DNA of 64,000 nt from an uncultured Clostridia bacterium (GTDB lineage: Bacteria > Bacillota > Clostridia > Christensenellales > CAG-314). The DNA lies in the NCBI GenBank assembly GCA_947623225.1, contig CANQGO010000006.1, positions 1,732-65,731 of the forward strand, given 5' to 3'. A program made the position numbers and the translations under genes. The notes below the pieces were generated by a model, which ran no database searches, had not been told where the DNA came from, and was given only the letters and a program-made list of their open reading frames with translations. This document shows, in pieces, positions 1-9,262 of this stretch (the stretch's first letter is position 1; each line of letters begins with the position of its first letter).

Positions 1-148
1 TGCGTAAGCATGTTTATGATCGAGCACAAAAAAAATAGTTTTTTTCAAATAAAATTTATGATATATATGGAAATGTGAATTTCGGTGTGATATAATTCAG
101 TTGTAAATAGCAATAAAATATTGCGTTATACAATTTACGGAGGCGTAT

Positions 149-1345
149 ATGCAAAGAAAAAAAGAATGTGTTGCAATGCTGCTTGCAGGGGGACAGGGAA
201 GTAGGCTTTATGCATTGACCAACAATATTGCAAAACCGGCGGTCGCATTCGGAGCGAAGTATCGTATAATAGATTTTCCGCTGAGCAACTGCATCAATTC
301 CGGAATAGATACAGTGGGTGTGCTGACTCAGTACGAACCGTTGGAATTGAACGAATATATAGGGAACGGACAACCGTGGGATCTGGACCGTACCTTCGGC
401 GGAGTTCATATTTTGTCTCCATATCAGGCGAAGAAAAAATCATCCTGGTATGAAGGGACGGCAAACGCCATCTTTCAGAATATGGGATTTATGAAGAAGT
501 ACAATCCGGACTATGTATTGATACTCTCCGGCGATCACATATACAAGATGAATTACGCCAAAATGTTGCAAGCGCATATATCCACAGGAGCGGACTGTAC
601 CATAGCCGCCATCGAAGTGCCGCTGAGCGAGGCGTCTCGTTTCGGAATTTTGAATATAAACCCGGACGGTTCCATCTATCAGTTCGAGGAAAAGCCGAAG
701 GCACCGAAGAGTAACCTTGCCTCCATGGGAATATATATTTTCACAGCAGAAAAATTGTATAAATACTTGCAGGAGGACGACAACGATCCCAACTCAAGTA
801 AGGATTTTGGCAAAGACGTGTTGCCCGCAATGCTAAATGCCGGAGAAAAAATGTATTCGTACTTGTTTGAAGGGTATTGGAAGGACGTTGGGACAATTCC
901 AGCGTTGTGGGAGTCAAACATGGACTTGCTCGGAGCGGATCCTCTGTTCGACGTGGCTGATCCATCCTGGAAAATACATTCGCGCAACCCTCTCGCTCCG
1001 CCTGAATATATCAGTGAAACGGGCGAAGTGGACAACTCTATGATAGCACTCGGTTGTGAGATATACGGTCAAGTCACCAACTCTGTCTTGTCCAGCAACG
1101 TGATCGTGGAGGAAGGCGCAGTTGTAGAGGACAGCGTGATCATGTCAGGCACCGTGATCAAGAAGGGCGCAAAGGTGCTTTATTCCGTGATAGATGAGAA
1201 CGTCATCGTCGGAGAAGGCGCGGTGATCGGCGAGAACAAAGAGAATGCAAAAGGTATAACCGTATTGGGAAGGAATATGCATGTTTCCGCCGACGCTGTG
1301 GTAGAAAGCGGCAAAATAATCGATAAGGACTACAAGGGGGAGTAA
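149..1345 (+). CDS. glgC: glucose-1-phosphate adenylyltransferase
   Basis: 398-aa ORF with the LAGGQGSRL nucleotidyltransferase G-loop and a C-terminal hexapeptide-repeat region. A GGAGG SD lies upstream. It heads a glgC-glgD-glgA cluster. Confidence 0.9.
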   Translation: MQRKKECVAMLLAGGQGSRLYALTNNIAKPAVAFGAKYRIIDFPLSNCINSGIDTVGVLTQYEPLELNEYIGNGQPWDLDRTFGGVHILSPYQAKKKSSWYEGTANAIFQNMGFMKKYNPDYVLILSGDHIYKMNYAKMLQAHISTGADCTIAAIEVPLSEASRFGILNINPDGSIYQFEEKPKAPKSNLASMGIYIFTAEKLYKYLQEDDNDPNSSKDFGKDVLPAMLNAGEKMYSYLFEGYWKDVGTIPALWESNMDLLGADPLFDVADPSWKIHSRNPLAPPEYISETGEVDNSMIALGCEIYGQVTNSVLSSNVIVEEGAVVEDSVIMSGTVIKKGAKVLYSVIDENVIVGEGAVIGENKENAKGITVLGRNMHVSADAVVESGKIIDKDYKGE

Positions 1346-1348
1346 GTC

Positions 1349-2464
1349 ATGGCACGCTCGGCAGTAGGTGTTATTTTTACTAATATACAGGATAAAAATA
1401 TTCCGGAACTTTCTTCGCGCAGAACGATGGCGTCCATTCCGTTTGCAGGAAGGTATCGGCTTATAGACTTCGCGCTGTCCAATCTGGTCAATGCCGGCAT
1501 CACAACAGTCGGGATCGTAACTCAGAAAAATTACCAATCGCTCATCGACCACCTGGGAAGCGGCAAAGATTGGGATCTTGCTCGCAAGGACGGCGGAATC
1601 ATTCTTTTGCCGCCATACAGCAATGAAACCGATGCACCATACAAAAACAGACTGGAAGCGTTGATGGGTATAACGGGATTTTTGCAACGCAGAACGGAAG
1701 ATTACGTAGTGCTGTATGACGGAGACGGTGTGTCGCGGCTGGATATAGCCGACGTGGTGCGTTATCACGAAGAAACACATGCGGATATAACCTTGGTCTA
1801 TCGTAAAACGGACAGCGTAGAATCTCACTACTACATAACGCTCGATCCGGACGATACGGGTAGGATCAATTCCCTGCAAATCAACCCCAAACTCGATAAT
1901 AAAAAAGATATAAACCTCTACATTAACGTAATGGTGGTCCAGCGTGAATACTTAATGGGGTTGATCCAGAATGCCGTGCAAAGCGGATTCTCCAGTTTCG
2001 GCAGAGACATTCTTGCAAAACATGTGGGATCTATGCGTATATTCGGTTATAGATTCGACGGATACTATGCGGGGATCACCTCGCTATCAAGATATTTCAA
2101 ATACAGCATGGAGATGCTGGATAAAGATATACGTGACGAATTGTTCGGTGCGAGAGATATCTATACCAAGGTAAGAGACTCGGCACCGTCCAAATATATC
2201 GCAGGTGCCGTCGTCAAGAATTCGCTTATTTCAGATGGTTGTATCATAGAAGGAACTGTCGAAAACAGTATATTGTTCAGAGGCGTGAAGGTCGGCAAAG
2301 GAAGTGTGATCCGCAACTCGGTGCTTATGCAGGAAACGGTGATAGGCTCTTCCGTACAAATGGATTGTGTCATCACGGATAAAAATGTAGTAATAAGAGA
2401 TCGGCGACATCTTTCGGGCTGCGAAGAATTGCCTTATTTCATCGCCAAAGGAAAAATGCTGTAA
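1349..2464 (+). CDS. glgD: glucose-1-phosphate adenylyltransferase, GlgD regulatory subunit
   Basis: 371-aa GlgC paralogue lacking the canonical G-loop (FAGRYRLIDFALSN). It sits directly downstream of glgC, as in Firmicutes. Confidence 0.85.
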   Translation: MARSAVGVIFTNIQDKNIPELSSRRTMASIPFAGRYRLIDFALSNLVNAGITTVGIVTQKNYQSLIDHLGSGKDWDLARKDGGIILLPPYSNETDAPYKNRLEALMGITGFLQRRTEDYVVLYDGDGVSRLDIADVVRYHEETHADITLVYRKTDSVESHYYITLDPDDTGRINSLQINPKLDNKKDINLYINVMVVQREYLMGLIQNAVQSGFSSFGRDILAKHVGSMRIFGYRFDGYYAGITSLSRYFKYSMEMLDKDIRDELFGARDIYTKVRDSAPSKYIAGAVVKNSLISDGCIIEGTVENSILFRGVKVGKGSVIRNSVLMQETVIGSSVQMDCVITDKNVVIRDRRHLSGCEELPYFIAKGKML

Positions 2465-2475
2465 AGGAGGATCGA

Positions 2476-3906
2476 ATGAAAACAAAGAAAAGAATCCTTT
2501 TCGTCGCATCGGAAGCGGCTCCGTATATAGCCACCGGCGGATTGGCAGAGGTGATAGGATCACTTTCAAAAGCGTTGGCGAAAACGGGCAAATATGACGT
2601 GCGCGTAATGTTGCCTTTATATATGGATATCAAACAGGATCTCCGTGACAAATTCAGATTCATCGGGAATACGACTGTGCCCGTTGCCTGGCGCAATCAG
2701 TACTGCGGCGTATTTGAATATATTTCCGAAGGCGTCACGTATTATTTCCTTGATAACGAATACTATTTCAAAAGAAAGGGCTGTTACGGACACTTCGACG
2801 ACGGAGAACGTTTCGCTTTCTTCTGCAGAGGTGTGCTGGAAATATTTCCTTTGGTGAATTTCTTCCCACAAATAATTCATTGCCATGACTGGCAATCGGC
2901 TCTTACGGCGATATATCTGAAAACGATATATTCATCCCAAAATGGCTATTCCGATATCAAAACCGTATTCACCATCCACAATATAGAATATCAAGGTAAG
3001 TTCTCTATGGACAATCTGCAATGGCTTTTCGGCATTGACGGTTACCATCAGGGTCTTGTGGAATACAACGGCTGTATAAATCTCATGAAAGGCGCGATAG
3101 AGTGCTGCGATAAGTTCACTACCGTGTCTCCGGGATATGCTCAGGAGATAAAAGATCCGTATTATGCACACGGGCTGGATGGGATAGTGCGCAGAAATGA
3201 GCACAAACTGTGCGGAATTCTGAACGGAATAGATACAGAGTATTATAATCCTGCGACAGACAAGGCGTTGTTCGCAAACTACAGTGCCGAGGATCTGACT
3301 CCAAAGGGCGTGTGCAAGGAGCAGTTGCAGCGTATGCTCAATCTGCAAGTCCGACCGGATACACCAATAGTCGCTATGATAACAAGACTTGCCGATCACA
3401 AGGGACTTGACCTTGTGACAGCGGTGATAGATGAGGCTCTGGACAATGACATGCAATTCGTCATACTCGGCACAGGCGAGGGATATTACGAGCACTATTT
3501 CGCCGAGTTGGCTTCACGCCATCAGCAGCAGGTCGCAGCGATCATTGCCTTCAACCCGGAACTTTCCAGGCAGATCTACTCCGGCGCGGATATATTCCTG
3601 ATGCCATCCAAGAGCGAGCCGTGCGGTCTGGCGCAGATGATATCATCTGTATACGGAACAGTAGCATTGGTGCGCGAAACGGGTGGCTTACGAGATAGTA
3701 TTGTTCCTTATGGGGCAGGAGGAAACGGTTTCACTTTCCGTAACTACAACGCGCATGATATGCTCTATGTTTTGAAAGAAGCATTGGCTTTGTACCGCGA
3801 TCGTACCAAATGGACGGCCCTCGTGCACAAAGCAATGACTACCGATTTCACCTGGAAGACCTCCGCTGTCAGATATTCCGAATTATATAACGAGCTATTG
3901 GCGTAA
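2476..3906 (+). CDS. glgA: glycogen synthase (ADP-glucose type)
   Basis: 476-aa ORF with the N-terminal FVASEAAPYIATGGLAEV motif and a GT5 C-terminal region. An AAGGAGG SD lies upstream. Confidence 0.9.
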   Translation: MKTKKRILFVASEAAPYIATGGLAEVIGSLSKALAKTGKYDVRVMLPLYMDIKQDLRDKFRFIGNTTVPVAWRNQYCGVFEYISEGVTYYFLDNEYYFKRKGCYGHFDDGERFAFFCRGVLEIFPLVNFFPQIIHCHDWQSALTAIYLKTIYSSQNGYSDIKTVFTIHNIEYQGKFSMDNLQWLFGIDGYHQGLVEYNGCINLMKGAIECCDKFTTVSPGYAQEIKDPYYAHGLDGIVRRNEHKLCGILNGIDTEYYNPATDKALFANYSAEDLTPKGVCKEQLQRMLNLQVRPDTPIVAMITRLADHKGLDLVTAVIDEALDNDMQFVILGTGEGYYEHYFAELASRHQQQVAAIIAFNPELSRQIYSGADIFLMPSKSEPCGLAQMISSVYGTVALVRETGGLRDSIVPYGAGGNGFTFRNYNAHDMLYVLKEALALYRDRTKWTALVHKAMTTDFTWKTSAVRYSELYNELLA

Positions 3907-3934
3907 TTTATCTATTGCTATCTTAAAATTTCTT

Positions 3935-3972
3935 TACCTTCCGTATGCGGTGTACTTCCGGAAGGTATTTTA
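3935..3972 (+). terminator. rho-independent terminator after glgA
   Basis: Stem TACCTTCCG / CGGAAGGTA followed by TTTTA. Confidence 0.6.
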
Positions 3973-4077
3973 TGGATCTATGTTTGAGCGTGCGCCCAAT
4001 GTCGCAAATGTGGGGGTGTAAGTTATTTTTTCAAAATAAAATTGAGTTGGTCGATTCCTCTATCTGTGGCAGAACTA

Positions 4078-4106
4078 TTGACATAAACTGCGACCTTTGA
4101 TATAAT
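4078..4106 (+). promoter_or_regulatory. sigma-A type promoter (TTGACA-17-TATAAT)
   Basis: Perfect consensus hexamers with a 17-nt spacer, about 60 nt upstream of the 4166 ORF. Confidence 0.6.
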
Positions 4107-4165
4107 GAATTCGAGCAGGAGAAGACACTCATCACTAAAAACGTAGCTTAATTTCAAATAGGGGG

Positions 4166-4798
4166 TTGGAACCCATAGAAAAGAATATTTCCGTTGTCGA
4201 TGAATTCGGCGAAAAATATGAAGCGACCTACCCTAAAAGGGCAAAAGGTCTTGTAAAAAAAGGCAGGGCACGCTTCGTAGACGATAATACAATTTGCCTT
4301 GCGTGTCCGCCTGACAAAAAGGAGGATACAAAAATGTCTGATAGCAATATCAAAAATGAAGAAGGCATAAAAGATAAGAACGTCAAGTCGTCCACCGTAG
4401 TCAATGAGAAGATCATTGCCGATGACGTGCCGGAGTTGACCGTCGGTTATATACTCAAACAGATCGAGAAGATCCGTACGGACAACGAACACATTATCAA
4501 GGCACTTGATTCTTTGACAAATTTAACTGCGTCGCAGTTTGACTCTGGTGCAGAAAAAGCAAAGGGAATAGCCGAAATCGTAAAGTGTCGCGAAGCGACA
4601 AACTTGCAATTGATAAACTTTTACGAAAAGCTCTATCTTGATATCAATCCGACGAGCAACGTGTTCGGTATGGACGGCTTTCGTTTGTCCGACTTTGTCA
4701 CTGCAATAGAACGTATTGACGGCGGCGGTGTGATAAATAGAGAGACGGGTGCCTCGTTAAAGAATATCCTGATCGATGCATTGACTAAAAGGTTATAG
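4166..4798 (+). CDS. hypothetical protein (start uncertain; alternative ATG at 4334)
   Basis: 210-aa ORF opening with TTG directly abutting AGGGGG, which is poor spacing. The in-frame ATG at 4334 has an excellent AAGGAGG SD 8 nt upstream. I recognise no motif. Confidence 0.5.
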   Translation: MEPIEKNISVVDEFGEKYEATYPKRAKGLVKKGRARFVDDNTICLACPPDKKEDTKMSDSNIKNEEGIKDKNVKSSTVVNEKIIADDVPELTVGYILKQIEKIRTDNEHIIKALDSLTNLTASQFDSGAEKAKGIAEIVKCREATNLQLINFYEKLYLDINPTSNVFGMDGFRLSDFVTAIERIDGGGVINRETGASLKNILIDALTKRL

Positions 4799-4912
4799 AC
4801 GTTTGATAAAATGATTTCCACCAAGGGTGTAAGTCACGTTGTATGTCTTTTGGCTTTATGAAATGGCGGGAGACCAAGTAATCTCCCCGACCAAAAATTG
4901 ACTCAGTCACTT

Positions 4913-4955
4913 CCTCTTCCTGCTACGGTAAAGCAGCGGGAAGAGGTTTTCTTTT
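4913..4955 (+). terminator. rho-independent terminator
   Basis: Imperfect GC-rich stem CCTCTTCCTGCT / AGCAGCGGGAAGAGG followed by TTTTCTTTT, about 115 nt after the 4798 stop. Confidence 0.6.
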
Positions 4956-5322
4956 ACATGCAAATTTATTTTTTTGTCCGAAAAAGAGTCTTTACTCCAT
5001 CTTTTTTCTCACACCCCAACATTTATTATAGAACCTATTTTATTGTATAATCTATATATTTTTGAGTAATTTCTGTATAAATTACCTCACAAAAGTTTTG
5101 ATTCATAAGATAATATGTCAGACATATATTATTTTCTTTTAATTTTATGCTGTAGTTCTTATAAAAATCGAATAAAAAGATATGCAAATGGAGAAAATGA
5201 AGACAGCATGAAATATCCGAAACAAAAAAAATATGGAAGCAACAGTGATGAACGCGAAACGTTATTCCCTGTGTTTTTCGAAAACAAAAGTGTAGATAAT
5301 CCATCTGAAAGGTAGTGTAAAA

Positions 5323-5772
5323 ATGGCAATGAACGGTGAGATAACTCGAGACAATTACAAAGCATACGTCTTTGAAAAGATGCCCAAAAGCTCACATTGG
5401 AAGAATATGATCTGGGCTTTTTTGATAGGCGGAACGATATGTGCGATCGGGCAGGGTTTTATATTTCTGTACTCAATCTGGTTCAGTACTCAGGACGCTT
5501 CGGTGCTTGCATCGGCAACGCTTGTGTTTATCGCCGCGATGCTGACGGGATTCGGTGTGTATGACAAGATCGGACGTTTTGCAGGCGCGGGATCGACCAT
5601 TCCGATCACCGGTTTTTCCAATGCCGTCGTGTCGCCTGCGTTAGAATTCCGTGCGGAAGGCTATATCTATGGCGTTGGTGCGAAAATGTTTTTGGTGGCG
5701 GGACCTGTAATTGTAAACGGCGTCACGGTATCTGTCATAATCGCGCTGCTTACGTTGCTATTCGGAGGCTGA
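5323..5772 (+). CDS. spoVAC: stage V sporulation protein AC
   Basis: 149-aa multi-pass membrane protein (WAFLIGGTICAIGQG, GAGSTIPITGFSN). It is first in a spoVAC-AD-AE arrangement. Confidence 0.85.
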   Translation: MAMNGEITRDNYKAYVFEKMPKSSHWKNMIWAFLIGGTICAIGQGFIFLYSIWFSTQDASVLASATLVFIAAMLTGFGVYDKIGRFAGAGSTIPITGFSNAVVSPALEFRAEGYIYGVGAKMFLVAGPVIVNGVTVSVIIALLTLLFGG

Positions 5773-5773
5773 G

Positions 5774-6775
5774 ATGGAATATTACAAGAAACGAACGTTA
5801 TCTTTTTCCAATGTATACGTGACGGAAGGGTATACAGTGGCGGGGCCGAAAGAAAACGACGGACGTTATAAAGGTTTTTTTGACTTCGCGCTGGAGGATG
5901 ATATGTTTGCGCAAAATACCTTCGAACGTGCAGAACGCAAAATGTTTGAGCATGCCATAGAGGGTGCTATTGCCAAAGCAAATCTCGATGAGCGTGAAGT
6001 TGATGCCGTGATAGCCGGAGATCTGCTCAATCAAATAGTATCGGCTTCCTTTGCGGCGAAGAAAAATCACGCAGGATTTCTCGGAATATACAATGCCTGC
6101 GCCACGTTTGTAGAAAGCCTTATAATTGGCTCATCCATGCTTAATAACGGACTGGAGCATGTAGTATGCGCGGCTGGAAGTCACTTTTCTACGGCGGAGC
6201 GACAATACCGTTATCCGTTGGAGTTGGGCGTGTTGCGTTCGCCCGTGACGCAGTGGACGGCGACGGGCGTCGGCGCAACGGTATTGTCCAACAGAGCGGA
6301 ATGTACGCTTCCGCGCATCACACGAGCGACTCTGGGACGAGTGGTGGACTACGGCGTGATGGATACCAACAATATGGGCGCGGCAATGGCACCTTCCGCA
6401 TGCGATACGCTGGTAACATATTTTCGGGATACGCAGACGCAGCCCAACGACTACGATGTGATATATACAGGGGATCTCGGTAAACTCGGAAGCGATATAT
6501 TGATGGATCTGACGGACCAGGAAGGGTATGACGTGTCCGAAAAACTTCATGACTGCGGAGCGTCTCTATATTGGGACGAGCAGCAGACCTATCAGGGCGG
6601 AAGCGGAGCGGCTTGCTCGGCATTGGTATTCAATAGCGTCCTGCTTGGGCGTATGCGCAGGGGAGAATATAAAAGAATATTATTAGCCGGTACCGGCGCA
6701 CTCATGAGTCCGACGACATCCTTTCAGGGCGACAGTATACCGGCAATTACTCACTTGGTGGAGGTTTGTATATAA
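5774..6775 (+). CDS. spoVAD: stage V sporulation protein AD
   Basis: 333-aa thiolase/ketoacyl-synthase-like fold protein, translationally coupled to the flanking spoVA genes. Confidence 0.85.
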   Translation: MEYYKKRTLSFSNVYVTEGYTVAGPKENDGRYKGFFDFALEDDMFAQNTFERAERKMFEHAIEGAIAKANLDEREVDAVIAGDLLNQIVSASFAAKKNHAGFLGIYNACATFVESLIIGSSMLNNGLEHVVCAAGSHFSTAERQYRYPLELGVLRSPVTQWTATGVGATVLSNRAECTLPRITRATLGRVVDYGVMDTNNMGAAMAPSACDTLVTYFRDTQTQPNDYDVIYTGDLGKLGSDILMDLTDQEGYDVSEKLHDCGASLYWDEQQTYQGGSGAACSALVFNSVLLGRMRRGEYKRILLAGTGALMSPTTSFQGDSIPAITHLVEVCI

Positions 6776-7146
6776 TGGATATGTTTTTGATGTTTGTCAA
6801 AGCATTTGTGATAGGAGGTGCTATCTGCCTTATAGGACAGATAATAATCAACTTTACCCACTTGACTAACGGCAAAATACTTGTGCTTTTCCTCGTGATA
6901 GGTGCCGTATTGGAAGCATTCGGCTGGTACGGCAAACTGGTCAAGTTCGCAGGTGCCGGCGCAAGTGTGCCTATATCCGGATTCGGGTATGCATTGGTGC
7001 ATGGTGCGGTACAAGCCGCAAAACAAGATGGAGTGTACGGTGCGCTGTCGGGAGGACTGGCGGCTTGTGCAATGGGAGTAAGTATTGCGATCGTGTCCGG
7101 ATATATAGTGGCGGTACTATTCCATCCGCATACTAAAAAGAATTAG
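6775..7146 (+). CDS. spoVAE: stage V sporulation protein AEb
   Basis: Small membrane paralogue of SpoVAC (FAGAGASVPISGFG). The ATG at 6775 overlaps the spoVAD stop (TAATG), with GGTGGAGG upstream. The ORF track begins at TTG 6766. Confidence 0.8.
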   Translation: MDMFLMFVKAFVIGGAICLIGQIIINFTHLTNGKILVLFLVIGAVLEAFGWYGKLVKFAGAGASVPISGFGYALVHGAVQAAKQDGVYGALSGGLAACAMGVSIAIVSGYIVAVLFHPHTKKN

Positions 7147-7195
7147 TAACTTTTGCCGTTGGAACCGAATATAATGTGAAAAAAGGTCACTTGAT

Positions 7196-7879
7196 ATGGC
7201 GTGCTATTCGGTGGTACGAGAGACGGATAAACAAAAAAAGAGGCGCAAGCGCAAACGGAAAATCGTCACTTTTACAGCAATGACGGTTTTTCTTGCTATT
7301 TTATTCGCACTGTTTTTTTACCGTCGTTCTATGAATCCGGTAATACTTGATATCGCACAAACAAGAGTCAAGGCGGAGACGACATTGGCGATCAACGAGG
7401 CTGTTTCTGCGGTGCTCGCCGACAATGTGAATTATACGCAATTTGTCAATGTGGAGCGTAACGCACAAAACGACATAGTCTTGTTGAGTGCGAATAGTGC
7501 GTTGGTAAACGATCTGGCACGCGACGCGGCAATAGTCACTCAGCGGAAATTGGAAGAGATAAAATCTTTTGAAGTGGCTATCCCCATAGGCACCCTGTCA
7601 GGGATACCCTTGCTGTCCGAACTCGGGCGACGTGTGGCAGTCACGGTTGCGCCCATAGGCAAAGTCAATTGCAATTTTACTTCGACATTCGAGGCGGCAG
7701 GCATCAATCAGACGCTTCACAGAATATATATCAATGTGGAAAGTTGTGTAGACCTTATAATTCCTTCATCTCACACAAGGCTGGAGACAAACACGCCTAT
7801 TTTGCTGTGTGAAAGCGTGATCGTGGGAAAGGTCCCGGATACCTTTTTGCAAGGAGGACTTGTATTGGGACGGGCGTAG
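7196..7879 (+). CDS. yunB: sporulation protein YunB-like
   Basis: 227 aa with a basic N-terminus, a single TM segment and then a YunB-like region (ILDIAQTRVKAETTLAINEAV...). The assignment is from memory of the family. Confidence 0.5.
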   Translation: MACYSVVRETDKQKKRRKRKRKIVTFTAMTVFLAILFALFFYRRSMNPVILDIAQTRVKAETTLAINEAVSAVLADNVNYTQFVNVERNAQNDIVLLSANSALVNDLARDAAIVTQRKLEEIKSFEVAIPIGTLSGIPLLSELGRRVAVTVAPIGKVNCNFTSTFEAAGINQTLHRIYINVESCVDLIIPSSHTRLETNTPILLCESVIVGKVPDTFLQGGLVLGRA

Positions 7880-7952
7880 TTCTTTTAAGCCATCTAATTG
7901 TGCTATCCCACAAAATAAAGTATTTATTAAAAATAATATTTGGATAAAACTG

Positions 7953-7981
7953 TTGTCAAGAATATTTTTTTTTGGTATACT
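7953..7981 (+). promoter_or_regulatory. sigma-A type promoter (TTGTCA-17-TATACT) for the pheST leader
   Basis: Near-consensus hexamers with a 17-nt spacer, just upstream of the T-box leader. Confidence 0.6.
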
Positions 7982-7989
7982 GATAAAAA

Positions 7990-8226
7990 ACGATGACGAA
8001 GCATAAGATTTTGCGGCAAATATAGTTTCAGAGAGCGAACGTTGGTGGAAAGTTCGTCTATACGCAAAAGATATTCACTTTCGAGTTCGGGCGGTGAAAG
8101 TAAGTAGTCGCTTGCGGTTTGTTTCCGTTATAAAACAAAAGAGGAAAAGCCGCTTTTCGCGCCTTTCGAATTTAGGTGGTACCGCGACAATTATCGCCCT
8201 AAACCGTGTGGTTTGGGGCTTTTTTA
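7990..8226 (+). promoter_or_regulatory. T-box leader (tRNA-Phe responsive) with terminator/antiterminator
   Basis: Stem I elements AGAGAG and GGTGGAAA are present. UUC candidates for the specifier are at 8074-8076 and 8080-8082. The conserved T-box AATTTAGGTGGTACCGCG is at 8169-8186. A terminator GCCCTAAACC..GGTTTGGGGC plus T-run ends near 8226, upstream of pheS. Confidence 0.85.
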
Positions 8227-8236
8227 GGAGAATATT

Positions 8237-9250
8237 ATGACAATTGCAGAAATCAAATCGTTATTCGAGGCAGACATATCAAATTGCGCAAGTCTTGCGG
8301 AATTGCAGGAACTGAAAGTCAAATATCTTGGCAAATCAGGCTTGCTGACGTCGCTGTTGAAAAGCATAAAGAACTTGCCTGCGCAAGAGCGTCCCACGTT
8401 CGGTGCGAAGGTGAATGAACTGCGCAATGAGATGGAGAGCCGCTTCGCCGACAAAGCCGTACTGCTCAAATCGAGCGAAATGCAACGTCGTTTGCAGGAA
8501 GAGCGGGTGGACATCAGTCTGACCGATTGTCCTTCGCGCGGTGCGTTGCATCCCGTCACACTGATAGAGAACAGGATTGGCGAATTGATGACAGCACTTG
8601 GCTTTGAAGTGCTGTCGGGTCCGGAGATAGAGACGGACTATTACAATTTCGAGGCACTCAATATTCCATACGATCACCCGGCACGGGATATGCAGGACAC
8701 TTTCTATATCACGGACAGCATATTGTTGCGTACGCAAACCTCTGCCATGCAGGCACGTGTGATGGAGCACCGCAAGCCGCCATTGAAAATACTCTGCCCG
8801 GGCAAAGTCTTCCGTTCGGATAGCGACGCGTCACATTCGCCCGTTTTCCATCAGATCGAAGGATTAGTCGTGGACAAAAATATTACGTTGTGCGACCTGA
8901 AGGGTACGCTGGAATATATTGCGGCGCATCTGTTCGGACCGCAGACAAAAGTCCGTTTTCGTCCGTCCTTCTTCCCGTTCACGGAGCCGAGTGTAGAAGT
9001 GGATCTGACGTGCAGCAACTGTGGCGGAACGGGCTGCTCGCTATGCAAGGGGACCGGATGGATCGAAGTTCTCGGTGCCGGCATGGTCAACCCATTTGTG
9101 TTGGAGAATTGCGGGATCGACAGCAAAAAATACAGCGGATATGCATTTGGCATAGGCGTAGAACGCGTCGCCATGATAAAATATGGCATTCCGGACATAC
9201 GCCTTTTCTACGAAAACGATCAACGTTTTCTTAAACAATTCGCTAAATAG
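8237..9250 (+). CDS. pheS: phenylalanine--tRNA ligase alpha subunit
   Basis: 337 aa with class II aaRS motifs (FRPSFFPFTEPS, GFGIGVERVAM). Confidence 0.95.
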   Translation: MTIAEIKSLFEADISNCASLAELQELKVKYLGKSGLLTSLLKSIKNLPAQERPTFGAKVNELRNEMESRFADKAVLLKSSEMQRRLQEERVDISLTDCPSRGALHPVTLIENRIGELMTALGFEVLSGPEIETDYYNFEALNIPYDHPARDMQDTFYITDSILLRTQTSAMQARVMEHRKPPLKILCPGKVFRSDSDASHSPVFHQIEGLVVDKNITLCDLKGTLEYIAAHLFGPQTKVRFRPSFFPFTEPSVEVDLTCSNCGGTGCSLCKGTGWIEVLGAGMVNPFVLENCGIDSKKYSGYAFGIGVERVAMIKYGIPDIRLFYENDQRFLKQFAK

Positions 9251-9262
9251 GAGAATTAAAAG

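Noticed and set aside
56-409. 117-aa minus-strand ORF at the window start
   Set aside because: It overlaps the glgC promoter and 5' coding region in antisense, and its composition is implausible.
4014-4838. 10-nt GGGTGTAAGT on both sides of the 4166-4798 gene as possible target-site duplication
   Set aside because: A single 10-mer match within about 800 bp is expected by chance at roughly even odds. There are no terminal inverted repeats or mobility genes.
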